A stretch of DNA of 64,000 bases, taken from the IMG/VR virus record IMGVR_UViG_3300037488_002392; one strand, given 5' to 3'. The DNA comes from a virus (Duplodnaviria; Heunggongvirae; Uroviricota; Caudoviricetes). Numbering within the stretch: position 1 is the first letter of the stretch; each line of letters begins with the position of its first letter. The notes below the pieces were generated by a model. That model was not told the origin of the DNA. It saw only the letters and a program-made list of their open reading frames with translations, and did no database searches. Below are positions 47,483 through 56,127 of this stretch, in pieces. A program made the position numbers and the translations under genes.

Positions 47483-47653
47483 ATGGCAGTAAAAAAGAAG
47501 GTTTGTAAGAAGAAGGGAAGTTGGAATAGTGTTGTAGTAGGACATACCAAAGAGGTTACTGATATAATGGAAAAAAAGTTTAGAAAAGAAGGCAGGTTTG
47601 TCAAAAGGGTAGGAAGGACTATAACTTATAAAGAGAAAGATAGAAAATGGTAA
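47483..47653 (+). CDS. Small basic protein of 56 aa (MAVKKKVCKKKGSW...).
   Basis: AAGGAGAAAGAAAATG context. Confidence 0.55.
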   Translation: MAVKKKVCKKKGSWNSVVVGHTKEVTDIMEKKFRKEGRFVKRVGRTITYKEKDRKW

Positions 47654-47667
47654 TAAGGAGAAAGAAA

Positions 47668-47922
47668 ATGACGGTTAAAAAGAGTTACACTTTGACACCC
47701 AAGGCAATATGGGACAAGGCGTGTAAGTATGATAAAATTCCTACGGGTTCAAAGTTCGTGGTATTCAGCCCCAAGAACCCTTGGGCAAAAGAATATGATA
47801 AAGCCATGAAAATGGTTGGAACAGCACACAAACACGGGTTAATGGACGTTAGTAACTGGTCAAAGGTAAAAAAGGCGGGGGAGTGGGGGAAAAGGAAGGC
47901 TTGCACAAAGAAAAAGAAATAA
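47668..47922 (+). CDS. Small basic protein of 84 aa.
   Basis: AAGGAGAAAGAAAATG context, identical to the previous gene's RBS. Confidence 0.6.
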   Translation: MTVKKSYTLTPKAIWDKACKYDKIPTGSKFVVFSPKNPWAKEYDKAMKMVGTAHKHGLMDVSNWSKVKKAGEWGKRKACTKKKK

Positions 47923-47936
47923 AGGAGATTAGTTAT

Positions 47937-48179
47937 ATGAAGTATGTAGCTTATAAAGGAACACCTTACGAGAAGAAGGTAATAATCCCAGAGAAAAAGA
48001 AGTTTGGAAGCCAAAGTTATGAGTTAGCTGATGTATTTGATAATTATGGTAGGCATCAGTTCCATGAGACGGCTATACGCTTTGCAGAACATGTCAGGTA
48101 TTATCGGGGTAATAACGCAAGGGTGGTAGCAAGTTCAGGTTTTACGGCTGTTTATGCAGGTAACAAGAAAAAGAAATAA
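47937..48179 (+). CDS. Small basic protein of 80 aa.
   Basis: AAAGGAG SD. Ends in ...GNKKKK. Confidence 0.55.
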   Translation: MKYVAYKGTPYEKKVIIPEKKKFGSQSYELADVFDNYGRHQFHETAIRFAEHVRYYRGNNARVVASSGFTAVYAGNKKKK

Positions 48180-48202
48180 AGGATATACAGGAGAATAATA
48201 AG

Positions 48203-48337
48203 ATGGCAGTAAAACAGAAAAACCCGTGGGACGGCAAGAAGCCCAAGAAAAGCATTGACTCATACCCCAATCCCTTCAAGAAAATGGGGGGATTGCCATC
48301 CAACCCTTGGAAGAAAAAGGCTAAGAAAGATAAATAA
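48203..48337 (+). CDS. Small basic protein of 44 aa.
   Basis: CAGGAGAATAATAAGATG. NPW repeats and a K-rich tail. Confidence 0.45.
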   Translation: MAVKQKNPWDGKKPKKSIDSYPNPFKKMGGLPSNPWKKKAKKDK

Positions 48338-48369
48338 TTATTATAAAATAATTTTGCAGGAGAAATAAT

Positions 48370-48645
48370 ATGACAACACAACCAAGGTCAGAACCGATTC
48401 CAGTCCGCACTATGATGATGCCGAACCCCGCAGAGGTGCTGCCAATGTACGAATGTAAGTTCTGTGGTAATCAGTGGATACCCCGAAAGAACGTGCCCAA
48501 GGTGTGCCCGTCATGCCACAGAAAAAAATGGTGGACAGGCGATGTTCGCATAGAACATAGGGAAGCTAATATTGGAATAGCGAGAGTGCGTCCTGCAACT
48601 ACGGTAAGGAAGAGGGTTGTTAAAAGGACACCAAGGGGTAAGTAA
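48370..48645 (+). CDS. Zinc-ribbon small basic protein.
   Basis: CAGGAG SD. CKFC...CPSC. Confidence 0.6.
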   Translation: MTTQPRSEPIPVRTMMMPNPAEVLPMYECKFCGNQWIPRKNVPKVCPSCHRKKWWTGDVRIEHREANIGIARVRPATTVRKRVVKRTPRGK

Positions 48646-49317
48646 ATGGAAAGTGGCGACCAATCTCAGATAGTTGATTCCAAAGGTAGGCATCGTGGTC
48701 TGAAGCAATGGGTCATTTGCCCATCTTGTGAAGTTGGTAGGTGGCAAAGGATAGACCACGTAAAGACTACTGCTCATACTGGTTTTTGCCAAAAGTGCCA
48801 TAATAAATATCGCACTTTACATATGGAAGAACATGGTAGCTGGAAAGGTGGACGAGTTGTCAGGAAAGATGGTTATATAGATGTCCATCTTGCCAAAGAC
48901 GACCCCTTCTATCCAATGACAAGAGTAGATGGGTATATCCGTGAACATAGGCTTGTTATGGCACGCCATTTGGGGAGATGCTTATTCTCTTGGGAAGTAG
49001 TGCGTCACCTTAATGGCAACAGGAGCGATAATAGGATAGAGAATCTCCAGTTACTGAGTAATAAAAATACTCATATGCCATCAATGGTTGTGCAGGCTAC
49101 TATAAAAAGGATGCAAAAGAAGATTGATACCCTAGAGGGGCAATTGATTGAGGCTCATAGGCAACTTAAAACTGAAGGCTATGAGATAATATCAGAAGCT
49201 GAAGACATAATAGAGTCTAAGAGCCAAAAGATTAAACATTATGATAATTCCAAGCAACAAGGTGTCCAATATACTTTGTGGCAACAGGGTAGAGAAACAA
49301 ACGGATACTTAGTATAA
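48646..49317 (+). CDS. HNH endonuclease (homing-endonuclease type).
   Basis: Zn-ribbon N-terminus (CPSC...CQKCH). The HNH motif HRLVMARHLGR...VVRHLNGNRSDNRIENLQLL. Confidence 0.7.
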   Translation: MESGDQSQIVDSKGRHRGLKQWVICPSCEVGRWQRIDHVKTTAHTGFCQKCHNKYRTLHMEEHGSWKGGRVVRKDGYIDVHLAKDDPFYPMTRVDGYIREHRLVMARHLGRCLFSWEVVRHLNGNRSDNRIENLQLLSNKNTHMPSMVVQATIKRMQKKIDTLEGQLIEAHRQLKTEGYEIISEAEDIIESKSQKIKHYDNSKQQGVQYTLWQQGRETNGYLV

Positions 49318-49336
49318 AGGAATAAGGAGAAAGTAA

Positions 49337-49606
49337 ATGATATTAAGACAGAAGTTAGCAAAGCCCGTTAATGGTTACTGGGATGGTGGAGCCAAACAAG
49401 TGTTTGAGTGGGAGATAGAGGGAAGACCAAAGAAGGACAAGGGTGGTACATATGTAAAAGTGGGAAGCTTTGAAGCCAACCATTTCTTTCATGTAGCCAA
49501 AGGAAAGACAGAGAAGCAAACACTTAGTTATGCTCGACAGCATCTTAAAGCATCTACACGTATTCCAAGCACTTTTGAAATTGTAAAAAAGGAAAAATAT
49601 AGGTAA
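49337..49606 (+). CDS. Small basic protein.
   Basis: AAGGAGAAAGTAAATG. Confidence 0.55.
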   Translation: MILRQKLAKPVNGYWDGGAKQVFEWEIEGRPKKDKGGTYVKVGSFEANHFFHVAKGKTEKQTLSYARQHLKASTRIPSTFEIVKKEKYR

Positions 49607-49620
49607 GAAGGAGAAAGAAA

Positions 49621-49884
49621 ATGAGTAGACCAATCAGGGCAACAATAGAAAACATAAAGAAGTATGGTAACCAGAAGGGAGTAGTTATGTATTGCCCAAG
49701 GACTGGAGAGCAGTACAGTGCTACTCCAGGTGATTACTTCATGACTCCGCCAAAGCACGTATTCAAAGGAGAAAAGGGTGCTCCAATGTATCTTGGTAGA
49801 CCGTTTTCGGGTATACAGCCTATTACGGGCACTAAAAAGAAAAAGTCGGGGACTTGGTCAAAGACAAATAAAAGGAGGAAATAG
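49621..49884 (+). CDS. Small basic protein with a ...TKKKKSGTWSKTNKRRK tail.
   Basis: AAGGAGAAAGAAAATG context. The tail is related to the KKKGTFAKK family. Confidence 0.6.
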   Translation: MSRPIRATIENIKKYGNQKGVVMYCPRTGEQYSATPGDYFMTPPKHVFKGEKGAPMYLGRPFSGIQPITGTKKKKSGTWSKTNKRRK

Positions 49885-49886
49885 AA

Positions 49887-50090
49887 ATGGACTTTTATAC
49901 GTTAGAAGGAGCAAGCAATCTTGCCAAGAAGAGAGGCAAGGCAACGTGTTTTTGGAACCCCACAGGAGTAAGCGGGATGGGTAACCATAAATGGTGTTAT
50001 GACTCCAGTGGTACGCTCAAAGAGTACAAGAAACCCAGCAAATATTCCACAAAAATAGCATTTGATGGAAAGGGTAAAAGAGTAATTTAA
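49887..50090 (+). CDS. Small basic protein.
   Basis: AAAAGGAGGAAATAGAAATG. Confidence 0.55.
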   Translation: MDFYTLEGASNLAKKRGKATCFWNPTGVSGMGNHKWCYDSSGTLKEYKKPSKYSTKIAFDGKGKRVI

Positions 50091-50105
50091 AAGGAGGAAG
50101 TCTTA

Positions 50106-50252
50106 ATGAAAATCTATTGTCTACAGTGCAAAAAGAGGTACGAAATCGACAAGGTCACCTACCGCATAATAAAAGGTAGGGGCGGAAAGCGTAAGATGGC
50201 ACAGGGACGATGCCCAAAGGGGCACAAGGTCAATAAGTTTGTAAAGATGTAA
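50106..50252 (+). CDS. Zinc-ribbon small basic protein of 48 aa.
   Basis: AAGGAGGAAGTCTTAATG. CLQC...CPKGH. Confidence 0.55.
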   Translation: MKIYCLQCKKRYEIDKVTYRIIKGRGGKRKMAQGRCPKGHKVNKFVKM

Positions 50253-50268
50253 AAAGGAGTGGAATAAG

Positions 50269-50565
50269 ATGTTAAAGAAAAAGAAAACCTGTAAAAGGGT
50301 AGTTAGGAAATCTCCAATAAAGAGGGCTACCAGACGAAGGGGTAAATGGGCTGAAGAGTCTGGTGGTGTTCATGTTATATCAGACCCCAAGGGCATCTCT
50401 CGCTACCATATGCTGAGTCAATACCATGCTGCTAAATTAGAAGGGTTAGGAATGAAACATAGTAGTGGTAGGTCTATCTTGGCTCACATAAAGAAAACGT
50501 ATGGCTATAAAGGCTCAAGGGATGAAGTTCTGAAAAAATTCAGGTCTAAAATAGATAATATGTAG
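50269..50565 (+). CDS. Small basic protein (MLKKKKTCKR... family).
   Basis: AAAAAGGAG SD. Confidence 0.6.
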   Translation: MLKKKKTCKRVVRKSPIKRATRRRGKWAEESGGVHVISDPKGISRYHMLSQYHAAKLEGLGMKHSSGRSILAHIKKTYGYKGSRDEVLKKFRSKIDNM

Positions 50566-50577
50566 GAGATATGCAAA

Positions 50578-50736
50578 ATGGGAGTAAGGACAAAGAGAGC
50601 AGGAAGCCACCCATTTGCTAAGAAAATAAAAAAGGAGGAGAAAAAGATGGCATACACGAAAGCAAAGAGAAAGGCAGCCGCAAAGAAAGCCCTCAAGACT
50701 AAGAGGAAGAGGTACGGCAAGAAACTGCACAGGTAA
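50578..50736 (+). CDS. Small very basic protein. Alternative start at 50647 (MAYTKAKRKAAAKK...).
   Basis: GTAGGAG SD for the 50578 start. AAGGAGGAG SD for the internal ATG. Confidence 0.4.
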   Translation: MGVRTKRAGSHPFAKKIKKEEKKMAYTKAKRKAAAKKALKTKRKRYGKKLHR

Positions 50737-50802
50737 AAACCTTGGGGGATGATAGTATCATAATGGTACTGGCATCCCTTAGAAGGTAAAAGGAGAATCG
50801 AA

Positions 50803-51036
50803 ATGGCAACAAAGAAAGTAGTAAAGTGGTATAACCCTATGGTTCACTCAGGGTGGGACAAAGATATGACTACACTTGGGCGAAGGCGAAAAGCGATAAT
50901 TGCCCATAAAACGTATTTGGCTGCGGGACGTAGTTTACAAGCCTTATCGAATGTTACGAGAGACCCGAAGACGAAACGTCTAAGTGCATTGGACGCTCGT
51001 TATTTCTTCAGGAAACATCAGGAGACAGGGAAGTAG
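50803..51036 (+). CDS. Small basic protein.
   Basis: AAAAGGAGAATCGAAATG. Confidence 0.55.
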   Translation: MATKKVVKWYNPMVHSGWDKDMTTLGRRRKAIIAHKTYLAAGRSLQALSNVTRDPKTKRLSALDARYFFRKHQETGK

Positions 51037-51045
51037 GAGAATATT

Positions 51046-51225
51046 ATGGACAATTGGCGAAGATGGTATAGTTTCAGGACTAAGAAAGAGTTACAGAAGG
51101 CTGACAATATGTTACGCAAATCTTCAGTAGGTTTTGTCACTAAGATACGTAAGGATGAGCCTAATAGTGTGTATACAAAAGGTAGTTATACCTTATTATA
51201 TCGTAAGAAGAAAGGGAAAATGTAA
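51046..51225 (+). CDS. Small basic protein of 59 aa.
   Basis: GTAGGAGAATATTATG. Confidence 0.5.
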   Translation: MDNWRRWYSFRTKKELQKADNMLRKSSVGFVTKIRKDEPNSVYTKGSYTLLYRKKKGKM

Positions 51226-51243
51226 ATAAAAGGAGATAATAAA

Positions 51244-51435
51244 ATGAGAAAAGTAAAAACACTTCAGGGATTACATGATATCAGTACATATCGTAACTGG
51301 AAAATCACCTTTCCTTCAATGACCAAGAAGTATATGTATAGTGGCAGTAAGGCGGATGCAGTAGCAAAGGCTAATGCTATTGGCAAGAGCGCAAAATGGC
51401 CTTACAGTCCTAAAATACGTGAGATAAAGATTTAA
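51244..51435 (+). CDS. Small basic protein.
   Basis: AAAAGGAGATAATAAAATG. Confidence 0.55.
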   Translation: MRKVKTLQGLHDISTYRNWKITFPSMTKKYMYSGSKADAVAKANAIGKSAKWPYSPKIREIKI

Positions 51436-51446
51436 GGATATTTGAA

Positions 51447-51713
51447 ATGAAAAAGAAGAATACTGGTCAAACAAGGTTTGTGGCAGAATACACATCATCT
51501 TTGGGGCAACATGGAACTGCGAGTTTTAACGCAAAGACGTATGCTTCTGCCTACAAGAAAGCAGCTAATAAGATTAAAGATAAGCCTAAGTGGGCAATTG
51601 GTGCAGTAGCCCCAAAAAGTGATAAAAAATTGGACACTACTCCATTAGGCAGTAAATATCGTGAGACAGTTAATAAAATAAAGAAAGAAGGATACTTTAA
51701 GTATAGGTCGTAA
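51447..51713 (+). CDS. Small basic protein.
   Basis: AAGGA SD. K-rich. Confidence 0.5.
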   Translation: MKKKNTGQTRFVAEYTSSLGQHGTASFNAKTYASAYKKAANKIKDKPKWAIGAVAPKSDKKLDTTPLGSKYRETVNKIKKEGYFKYRS

Positions 51714-51716
51714 ATT

Positions 51717-52181
51717 ATGCCAACAAATTGGTCAGTAATGCTCAAGGATAATCCTTTAATTGTAAATACATACAAAAGAAAGGTTGAGTTCGCACGGCAA
51801 CAAAAGAGAGACAAAAGCCAAAGTGATGAACTTACAAGGGAAGATTTGGAGCCAATACTGAAGAATGCATTAAATATGGTAAAGACTAATACTCCCCCTG
51901 GCATGAAAGCCCCCAAAGATACCGATGAGTTAATAATGATGTTCAGGGACAGTGGAATAGCAGGAGTATTTGGAATAAGGGACAGTGAAATGAGCGCAAT
52001 AGGCGGGGCTGCAATAGAGCAACCAACAGGCGGAGAAGGCGGAATTACTTTAGAACAATTGATGGCGATGGCTCAACAGCAACAGCCGATAGTGGCTCCG
52101 ATGCCCCAGGGATATCCACAAGCACCAAGGATGCCAATGCAGAAAATAAGTCCCCAAACGGGTAAAATGGGGGGATTTTGA
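51717..52181 (+). CDS. Hypothetical protein with a Q/P/M-rich C-terminus carrying a PIVAPMPQG motif. Paralog of 52400..53128.
   Basis: N-terminal similarity (LKDNPLIVNTYKRKV vs LKNYPIILTHYKKKI). The shared motif sits near the C-terminus. Confidence 0.55.
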   Translation: MPTNWSVMLKDNPLIVNTYKRKVEFARQQKRDKSQSDELTREDLEPILKNALNMVKTNTPPGMKAPKDTDELIMMFRDSGIAGVFGIRDSEMSAIGGAAIEQPTGGEGGITLEQLMAMAQQQQPIVAPMPQGYPQAPRMPMQKISPQTGKMGGF

Positions 52182-52390
52182 CTATGAGTAACAAAGGTTT
52201 CTTAGTAGGAATAAATAGGATTGCTTCAGATGAATTGTGTGGCAAGAAACGTAAATCTGCTACTATAACTAAACATAATCTACCAAAAGCAGAGGCTAAT
52301 TCTTTGAAGGAAAAGAAGAAGTCATCTGGCAAGGCGTGTAAAGTTACACAACAGGCTAATAAAAAGTGGACTGTAAAATATTTTAGGTAG
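52178..52390 (+). CDS. Small basic protein.
   Basis: ATGA overlap with the upstream gene. K-rich. Confidence 0.45.
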   Translation: MTMSNKGFLVGINRIASDELCGKKRKSATITKHNLPKAEANSLKEKKKSSGKACKVTQQANKKWTVKYFR

Positions 52391-52399
52391 GTAAATAAT

Positions 52400-53128
52400 A
52401 TGAGATGGACAGAAACCTTAAAGAATTACCCCATCATCCTTACTCATTACAAGAAGAAAATCGCTGCGAAGCGAAGGATGAAAGCCTCACAGGGGCTGGA
52501 TGAAACTCTGACTACGCAGGATATGGAACAGATAGGAAACGATATTATCAAGACGATGAAGGAGAACCTTCCTGACGATGTAATTAAGCCTGCGAATTAT
52601 GATGATGTGGTAAACAGTTTAAGAGGAAATGATGTAGGCAGGTCACTGGGATTCAGGGATGGCGATTTCAACGCTAAACCCGCTCCAGTAGAAAATCCTC
52701 CTTACCAAGAAACTGTCACGGAAGAGGTAGTTACTGAGCAAATGAATCCTTCCGCAGATGTTCCGACTACTGAAGAGATTGCACAAGCGGAATCAATGGC
52801 GACAGAACAACCATCGGAAGATGCTCTTGTAGAAGAGGCACTTCCTGTAGAGGAACCTTTGCCAGTTGAAGAACCTGTAGTAGAAGAAACAGTTACTGAA
52901 GAAGTTGTTGCTCCCGTAGTGACTGATGTAATAGAGGGGGTAGGGAATGTGGCACAGCGGATAGCGGATGAATTCAAACCCCTCTCTCCGATTGCTGCTC
53001 CTCTTCCATACCAGACACAGTATGGGCAGACTAATACAAATAGACCAGCGGGTGTTCCGAAACCCAATAATGTCCCACAGGTAGGCACATCAAAATTTTG
53101 GAATGATGACCTCAAATTCTGGAGTTAG
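52400..53128 (+). CDS. Hypothetical acidic protein with a (V/E/T)-rich repeat region and a PIAAPLP motif.
   Basis: Paralogous N-terminus to 51717..52181. Low-complexity EE/VT/PV repeats. Confidence 0.55.
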   Translation: MRWTETLKNYPIILTHYKKKIAAKRRMKASQGLDETLTTQDMEQIGNDIIKTMKENLPDDVIKPANYDDVVNSLRGNDVGRSLGFRDGDFNAKPAPVENPPYQETVTEEVVTEQMNPSADVPTTEEIAQAESMATEQPSEDALVEEALPVEEPLPVEEPVVEETVTEEVVAPVVTDVIEGVGNVAQRIADEFKPLSPIAAPLPYQTQYGQTNTNRPAGVPKPNNVPQVGTSKFWNDDLKFWS

Positions 53129-53133
53129 AATTG

Positions 53134-53307
53134 ATGATGTACGAATCATGGAACAAATACGGTAAGATGCTCATAGCACTCCATGCTGTTGAAGCGTTAC
53201 GCAGAGAAGGCTACGGAGCATTTGTGAAGAAACGTAAGGATAGTAAAGGAAAGATATCATACGTAGTATATAAATCAACAAGGAAGAAGGTAAAACAGGA
53301 GAAATAG
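53134..53307 (+). CDS. Small basic protein of 57 aa.
   Basis: GGAG SD 8 nt upstream. Confidence 0.4.
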   Translation: MMYESWNKYGKMLIALHAVEALRREGYGAFVKKRKDSKGKISYVVYKSTRKKVKQEK

Positions 53308-53309
53308 AA

Positions 53310-53645
53310 ATGATTTGCGAAAAATGTGAGAATGAAGGACATTATTGGTTCTCTCCCGATTGGGAAGATAATCCTAATGGGATGGATGCTAAGACTACGA
53401 AGAAAGTTGGGATATATGGGCACTGTGATATGCGGCAAGTATTTGACAAGGGAGTAGGTTGTCAATGTGGTTGCCATAAGAGGAATAAACCTACGTCAAA
53501 GGTAATTAGAACCTTACCTTTTAATAGTGGCATGCTAACTTATAAGAAAACCAAAAAGGGTACTTTCGCAAAGAAGGGGATAACTCGTGCGGTATCGTCA
53601 GTAAGGGCACATAAATCAAAAAGAAAATCTTGTAAAAGGAAATAA
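53310..53645 (+). CDS. Cys-rich small protein with a KKTKKGTFAKKG...KRKSCKRK tail.
   Basis: CEKCENEGH...HCD...CQCGCH metal-binding cluster. The tail belongs to the KKKGTFAKK family. Confidence 0.6.
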   Translation: MICEKCENEGHYWFSPDWEDNPNGMDAKTTKKVGIYGHCDMRQVFDKGVGCQCGCHKRNKPTSKVIRTLPFNSGMLTYKKTKKGTFAKKGITRAVSSVRAHKSKRKSCKRK

Positions 53646-53660
53646 AAGGAGGCAAATAAA

Positions 53661-53885
53661 ATGGTCAACAAAAAGGTAGATTTAAAGAAGTTCGTCAAAA
53701 AGGGGTTAGAGATATCAGGGATAGAGAAGAAGCTCTTGAAGGGAACCAAGAGGCTCAAACATGGAGCATGGGGTTCACAGTCTCTGGATAACCTCAAGAG
53801 GCGCACCCTTACTAAAAAGAAGATACGGGCAAAGGTTACGAAGTACAAACGTAAAGGCTATACCCCGAAAAGTAGATTAAAGTAG
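53661..53885 (+). CDS. Small basic protein (KHGAWGSQ motif).
   Basis: AAAAGGAGGCAAATAAAATG. Confidence 0.6.
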   Translation: MVNKKVDLKKFVKKGLEISGIEKKLLKGTKRLKHGAWGSQSLDNLKRRTLTKKKIRAKVTKYKRKGYTPKSRLK

Positions 53886-53897
53886 GAGGAAAATAAA

Positions 53898-54164
53898 ATG
53901 GCAGATTATATGGCAGTAGACCAATATGGTTATACCTTTCATGGATTAAAGCATCCACGCAAAGACTTGATGAAAAAAATAGGTAGTAAGCATGCAGATA
54001 TAATGTATGTTGACCAAAAATCAGGTGGTTCAAGGAAGAAGGGTTATGTAATAGGCGGTCACTGGCTTGATGTCTATGAAGTAACTCCAATGGGTGGTAA
54101 AAAGAAATCGGGGACTTTTGCAAAGAAAAGGGTTGCAAAGAAATCCTGCAAAAAGAGAAAGTAG
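53898..54164 (+). CDS. Small basic protein with a GGKKKSGTFAKKRVAKKSCKKRK tail.
   Basis: GTAGGAGGAAAATAAAATG. Tail family A. Confidence 0.6.
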   Translation: MADYMAVDQYGYTFHGLKHPRKDLMKKIGSKHADIMYVDQKSGGSRKKGYVIGGHWLDVYEVTPMGGKKKSGTFAKKRVAKKSCKKRK

Positions 54165-54166
54165 CA

Positions 54167-54442
54167 ATGGAAAGAAAGATTTATCTAGTCTATACGGGCA
54201 AGAAATCTAAACTTGTAACTAATAAGCAAGATGCAATAAGTTTAGCTAAAAGGGAAGGAGCGCAAATAAGGCAGTATCCCTTAAAGGCATATAATGAAGG
54301 AAATAAACCACGCAGGGGTGAGTTTTCTGGATGGGATTTTCCAACCCTACATATGCTATCCGACCCCTTAGAGATAAAGAAGAAGAAGGGAACATTTGCA
54401 AAGGAAAAAGTTGCAAAGAAAACTTGCAAAAGGAGAAAGTAG
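54167..54442 (+). CDS. Small basic protein with a KKKKGTFAKEKVAKKTCKRRK tail.
   Basis: Tail family A paralog. Confidence 0.55.
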   Translation: MERKIYLVYTGKKSKLVTNKQDAISLAKREGAQIRQYPLKAYNEGNKPRRGEFSGWDFPTLHMLSDPLEIKKKKGTFAKEKVAKKTCKRRK

Positions 54443-54444
54443 AA

Positions 54445-54750
54445 ATGATAAAAGCATCAGGAATGAGGTCAGGCGGTTCGTCACGCCGCAGGGTACATAA
54501 GCCCGTGAGGAGAGCAGTACGCCGTGTTGCTCAGGGCAACTGGAACCTATTCGGGTTAGTCCACGGAGGCAAAGAAGGCAAACAGTGGCAGAAAGCCAAT
54601 GATGCGGTCACTACCGCACAGACCCATATCCAGTCAACGGTACAGAAGATGAAGCAAGATTACATAATCGTAATTATGAAGAAGGGTAAGCTGAGTGCCA
54701 ATGACAAAGCGAAGCTTGTGGCCCAAATCCGTGGCATGACCTTTAGGTAG
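54445..54750 (+). CDS. Small basic protein.
   Basis: AAAGGAGAAAGTAGAAATG. The track ORF extends upstream to 54331. Confidence 0.55.
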   Translation: MIKASGMRSGGSSRRRVHKPVRRAVRRVAQGNWNLFGLVHGGKEGKQWQKANDAVTTAQTHIQSTVQKMKQDYIIVIMKKGKLSANDKAKLVAQIRGMTFR

Positions 54751-54757
54751 GATTGTT

Positions 54758-54925
54758 ATGGCTAAAGCGAAGTCAAAACAGGAACATAAAAGTAAACCAA
54801 AGCTTAAAAAGGTACGGGCAATATCCAAAGTTATCCCTAAGAGATGCCCAGCCTGCGGAGGCTCTGTGTTTGTCAGTAAGTGTTCTTGTTGTGGCAGTCC
54901 AATACCTTACGGGAGGAGCAAATAA
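54758..54925 (+). CDS. Zinc-ribbon small basic protein of 55 aa.
   Basis: CPACGG...CSCCG. Confidence 0.45.
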   Translation: MAKAKSKQEHKSKPKLKKVRAISKVIPKRCPACGGSVFVSKCSCCGSPIPYGRSK

Positions 54926-54926
54926 A

Positions 54927-55130
54927 ATGGGTAAAAGAATTATGGTAGTCGATGATGTGCGCCTTGGTCGTGTAGACGTAAAAGGGAAGGGTGCTGCATT
55001 AAAAGTGGCGAAGGCGAGATATTCAAAGTATACTGTTACAAAGGTAGTCCCTTATATGGGACATACCACATTGCACGATGTTTATGGGCATCCAAAAGGA
55101 TTTACAAGCTCAGGAAAGTGCAGAGGATAA
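54927..55130 (+). CDS. Small basic protein of 67 aa.
   Basis: GGGAGGAGCAAATAAAATG. Confidence 0.5.
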   Translation: MGKRIMVVDDVRLGRVDVKGKGAALKVAKARYSKYTVTKVVPYMGHTTLHDVYGHPKGFTSSGKCRG

Positions 55131-55168
55131 GCAAAAGGAGAAAGAAATGCCAGAAGGAGTACATTGAA

Positions 55169-55603
55169 ATGAAAGTAGAAAAACAAGGAAACCGAATCAT
55201 TGTCACAAAACAAAAGGGTGACCCATATATTAAATCTTCGGATTGGAACCCCGATGCCGAATCCACTTTATTGTATCATGTGAAGAAGGAGTTGAATAAA
55301 GAGGGATACAATCTTGCTAAGGTCAGGATGGCTAAAGATGGTCATCTGGTGAGTGATATCCAACATTATCTAAGACCCTTGAAGGAGAACAAGGATAATT
55401 CCAAGAACATATATATCTATAATCCACATTGGGCAATTGCTGGAGAAGAAGAGTCATTTAATAAACATGGTAAGGCAGAATTCATGATAGTGCCTGATAT
55501 ATATGAAAAACGAAAAGCAAAACCAGTGAGACTTCCTTCACAAGGTACTTGGAGCAAATGTAAGAAAAAGAAGGTCAGAGCAAAAGCTAGCAAATGTAGG
55601 TAA
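55169..55603 (+). CDS. Basic protein of 144 aa.
   Basis: AGGAG SD 8 nt upstream. The track ORF has a GTG at 55118. Confidence 0.5.
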   Translation: MKVEKQGNRIIVTKQKGDPYIKSSDWNPDAESTLLYHVKKELNKEGYNLAKVRMAKDGHLVSDIQHYLRPLKENKDNSKNIYIYNPHWAIAGEEESFNKHGKAEFMIVPDIYEKRKAKPVRLPSQGTWSKCKKKKVRAKASKCR

Positions 55604-55616
55604 AAGGAGTAGAGTA

Positions 55617-56126
55617 ATGGGTTACGAATATTTTATGAATCCACCGAATGCAGTCAAGTTCAGTCAAATAAAGACTGACGTAGAGAAAGGGTTGATAGGA
55701 GGTTTAACGCCTTTCCAAGAAATAAACATAGAGCCAGGGCAGTTCTACATTGATGACGGAGCAGGCAATGTCCTCTATATAGAGAAAGGAAAGGATAATG
55801 TAGGATTCGCACGAACTTATTACTCTAACTACGAATGGAAAATACTACAGAGACTTATGAGGTATTACGGGTTCAATGTAGTGGTGCCAGCCATGAATAA
55901 TAACCTTAATGATATAGTCTACGAAGCAGATGACTTTGAAGGATTGGACGATTTCATAGGCAGTGGAAAATTCAATCAAGTACCAGAAGGTTATGCCAGT
56001 ATGTTCAAGAAAGGAGTCAGTGCTATTCCTGCTCCCATGCCACGTGATATGTCAGGTGAATGGGGAAGGAAATATCGTTATATAAAGTACAGAGAGATAA
56101 ATGGAAAAGTAAGCAGGATAATCTAA
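55617..56126 (+). CDS. Hypothetical protein, paralog of 56908..57363. Contains an AIPAPMP motif.
   Basis: AAAAGGAG SD. Shared AVKFSQIKTDVEKG and C-terminal GKVSRII. Confidence 0.6.
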   Translation: MGYEYFMNPPNAVKFSQIKTDVEKGLIGGLTPFQEINIEPGQFYIDDGAGNVLYIEKGKDNVGFARTYYSNYEWKILQRLMRYYGFNVVVPAMNNNLNDIVYEADDFEGLDDFIGSGKFNQVPEGYASMFKKGVSAIPAPMPRDMSGEWGRKYRYIKYREINGKVSRII

Positions 56127-56127
56127 A

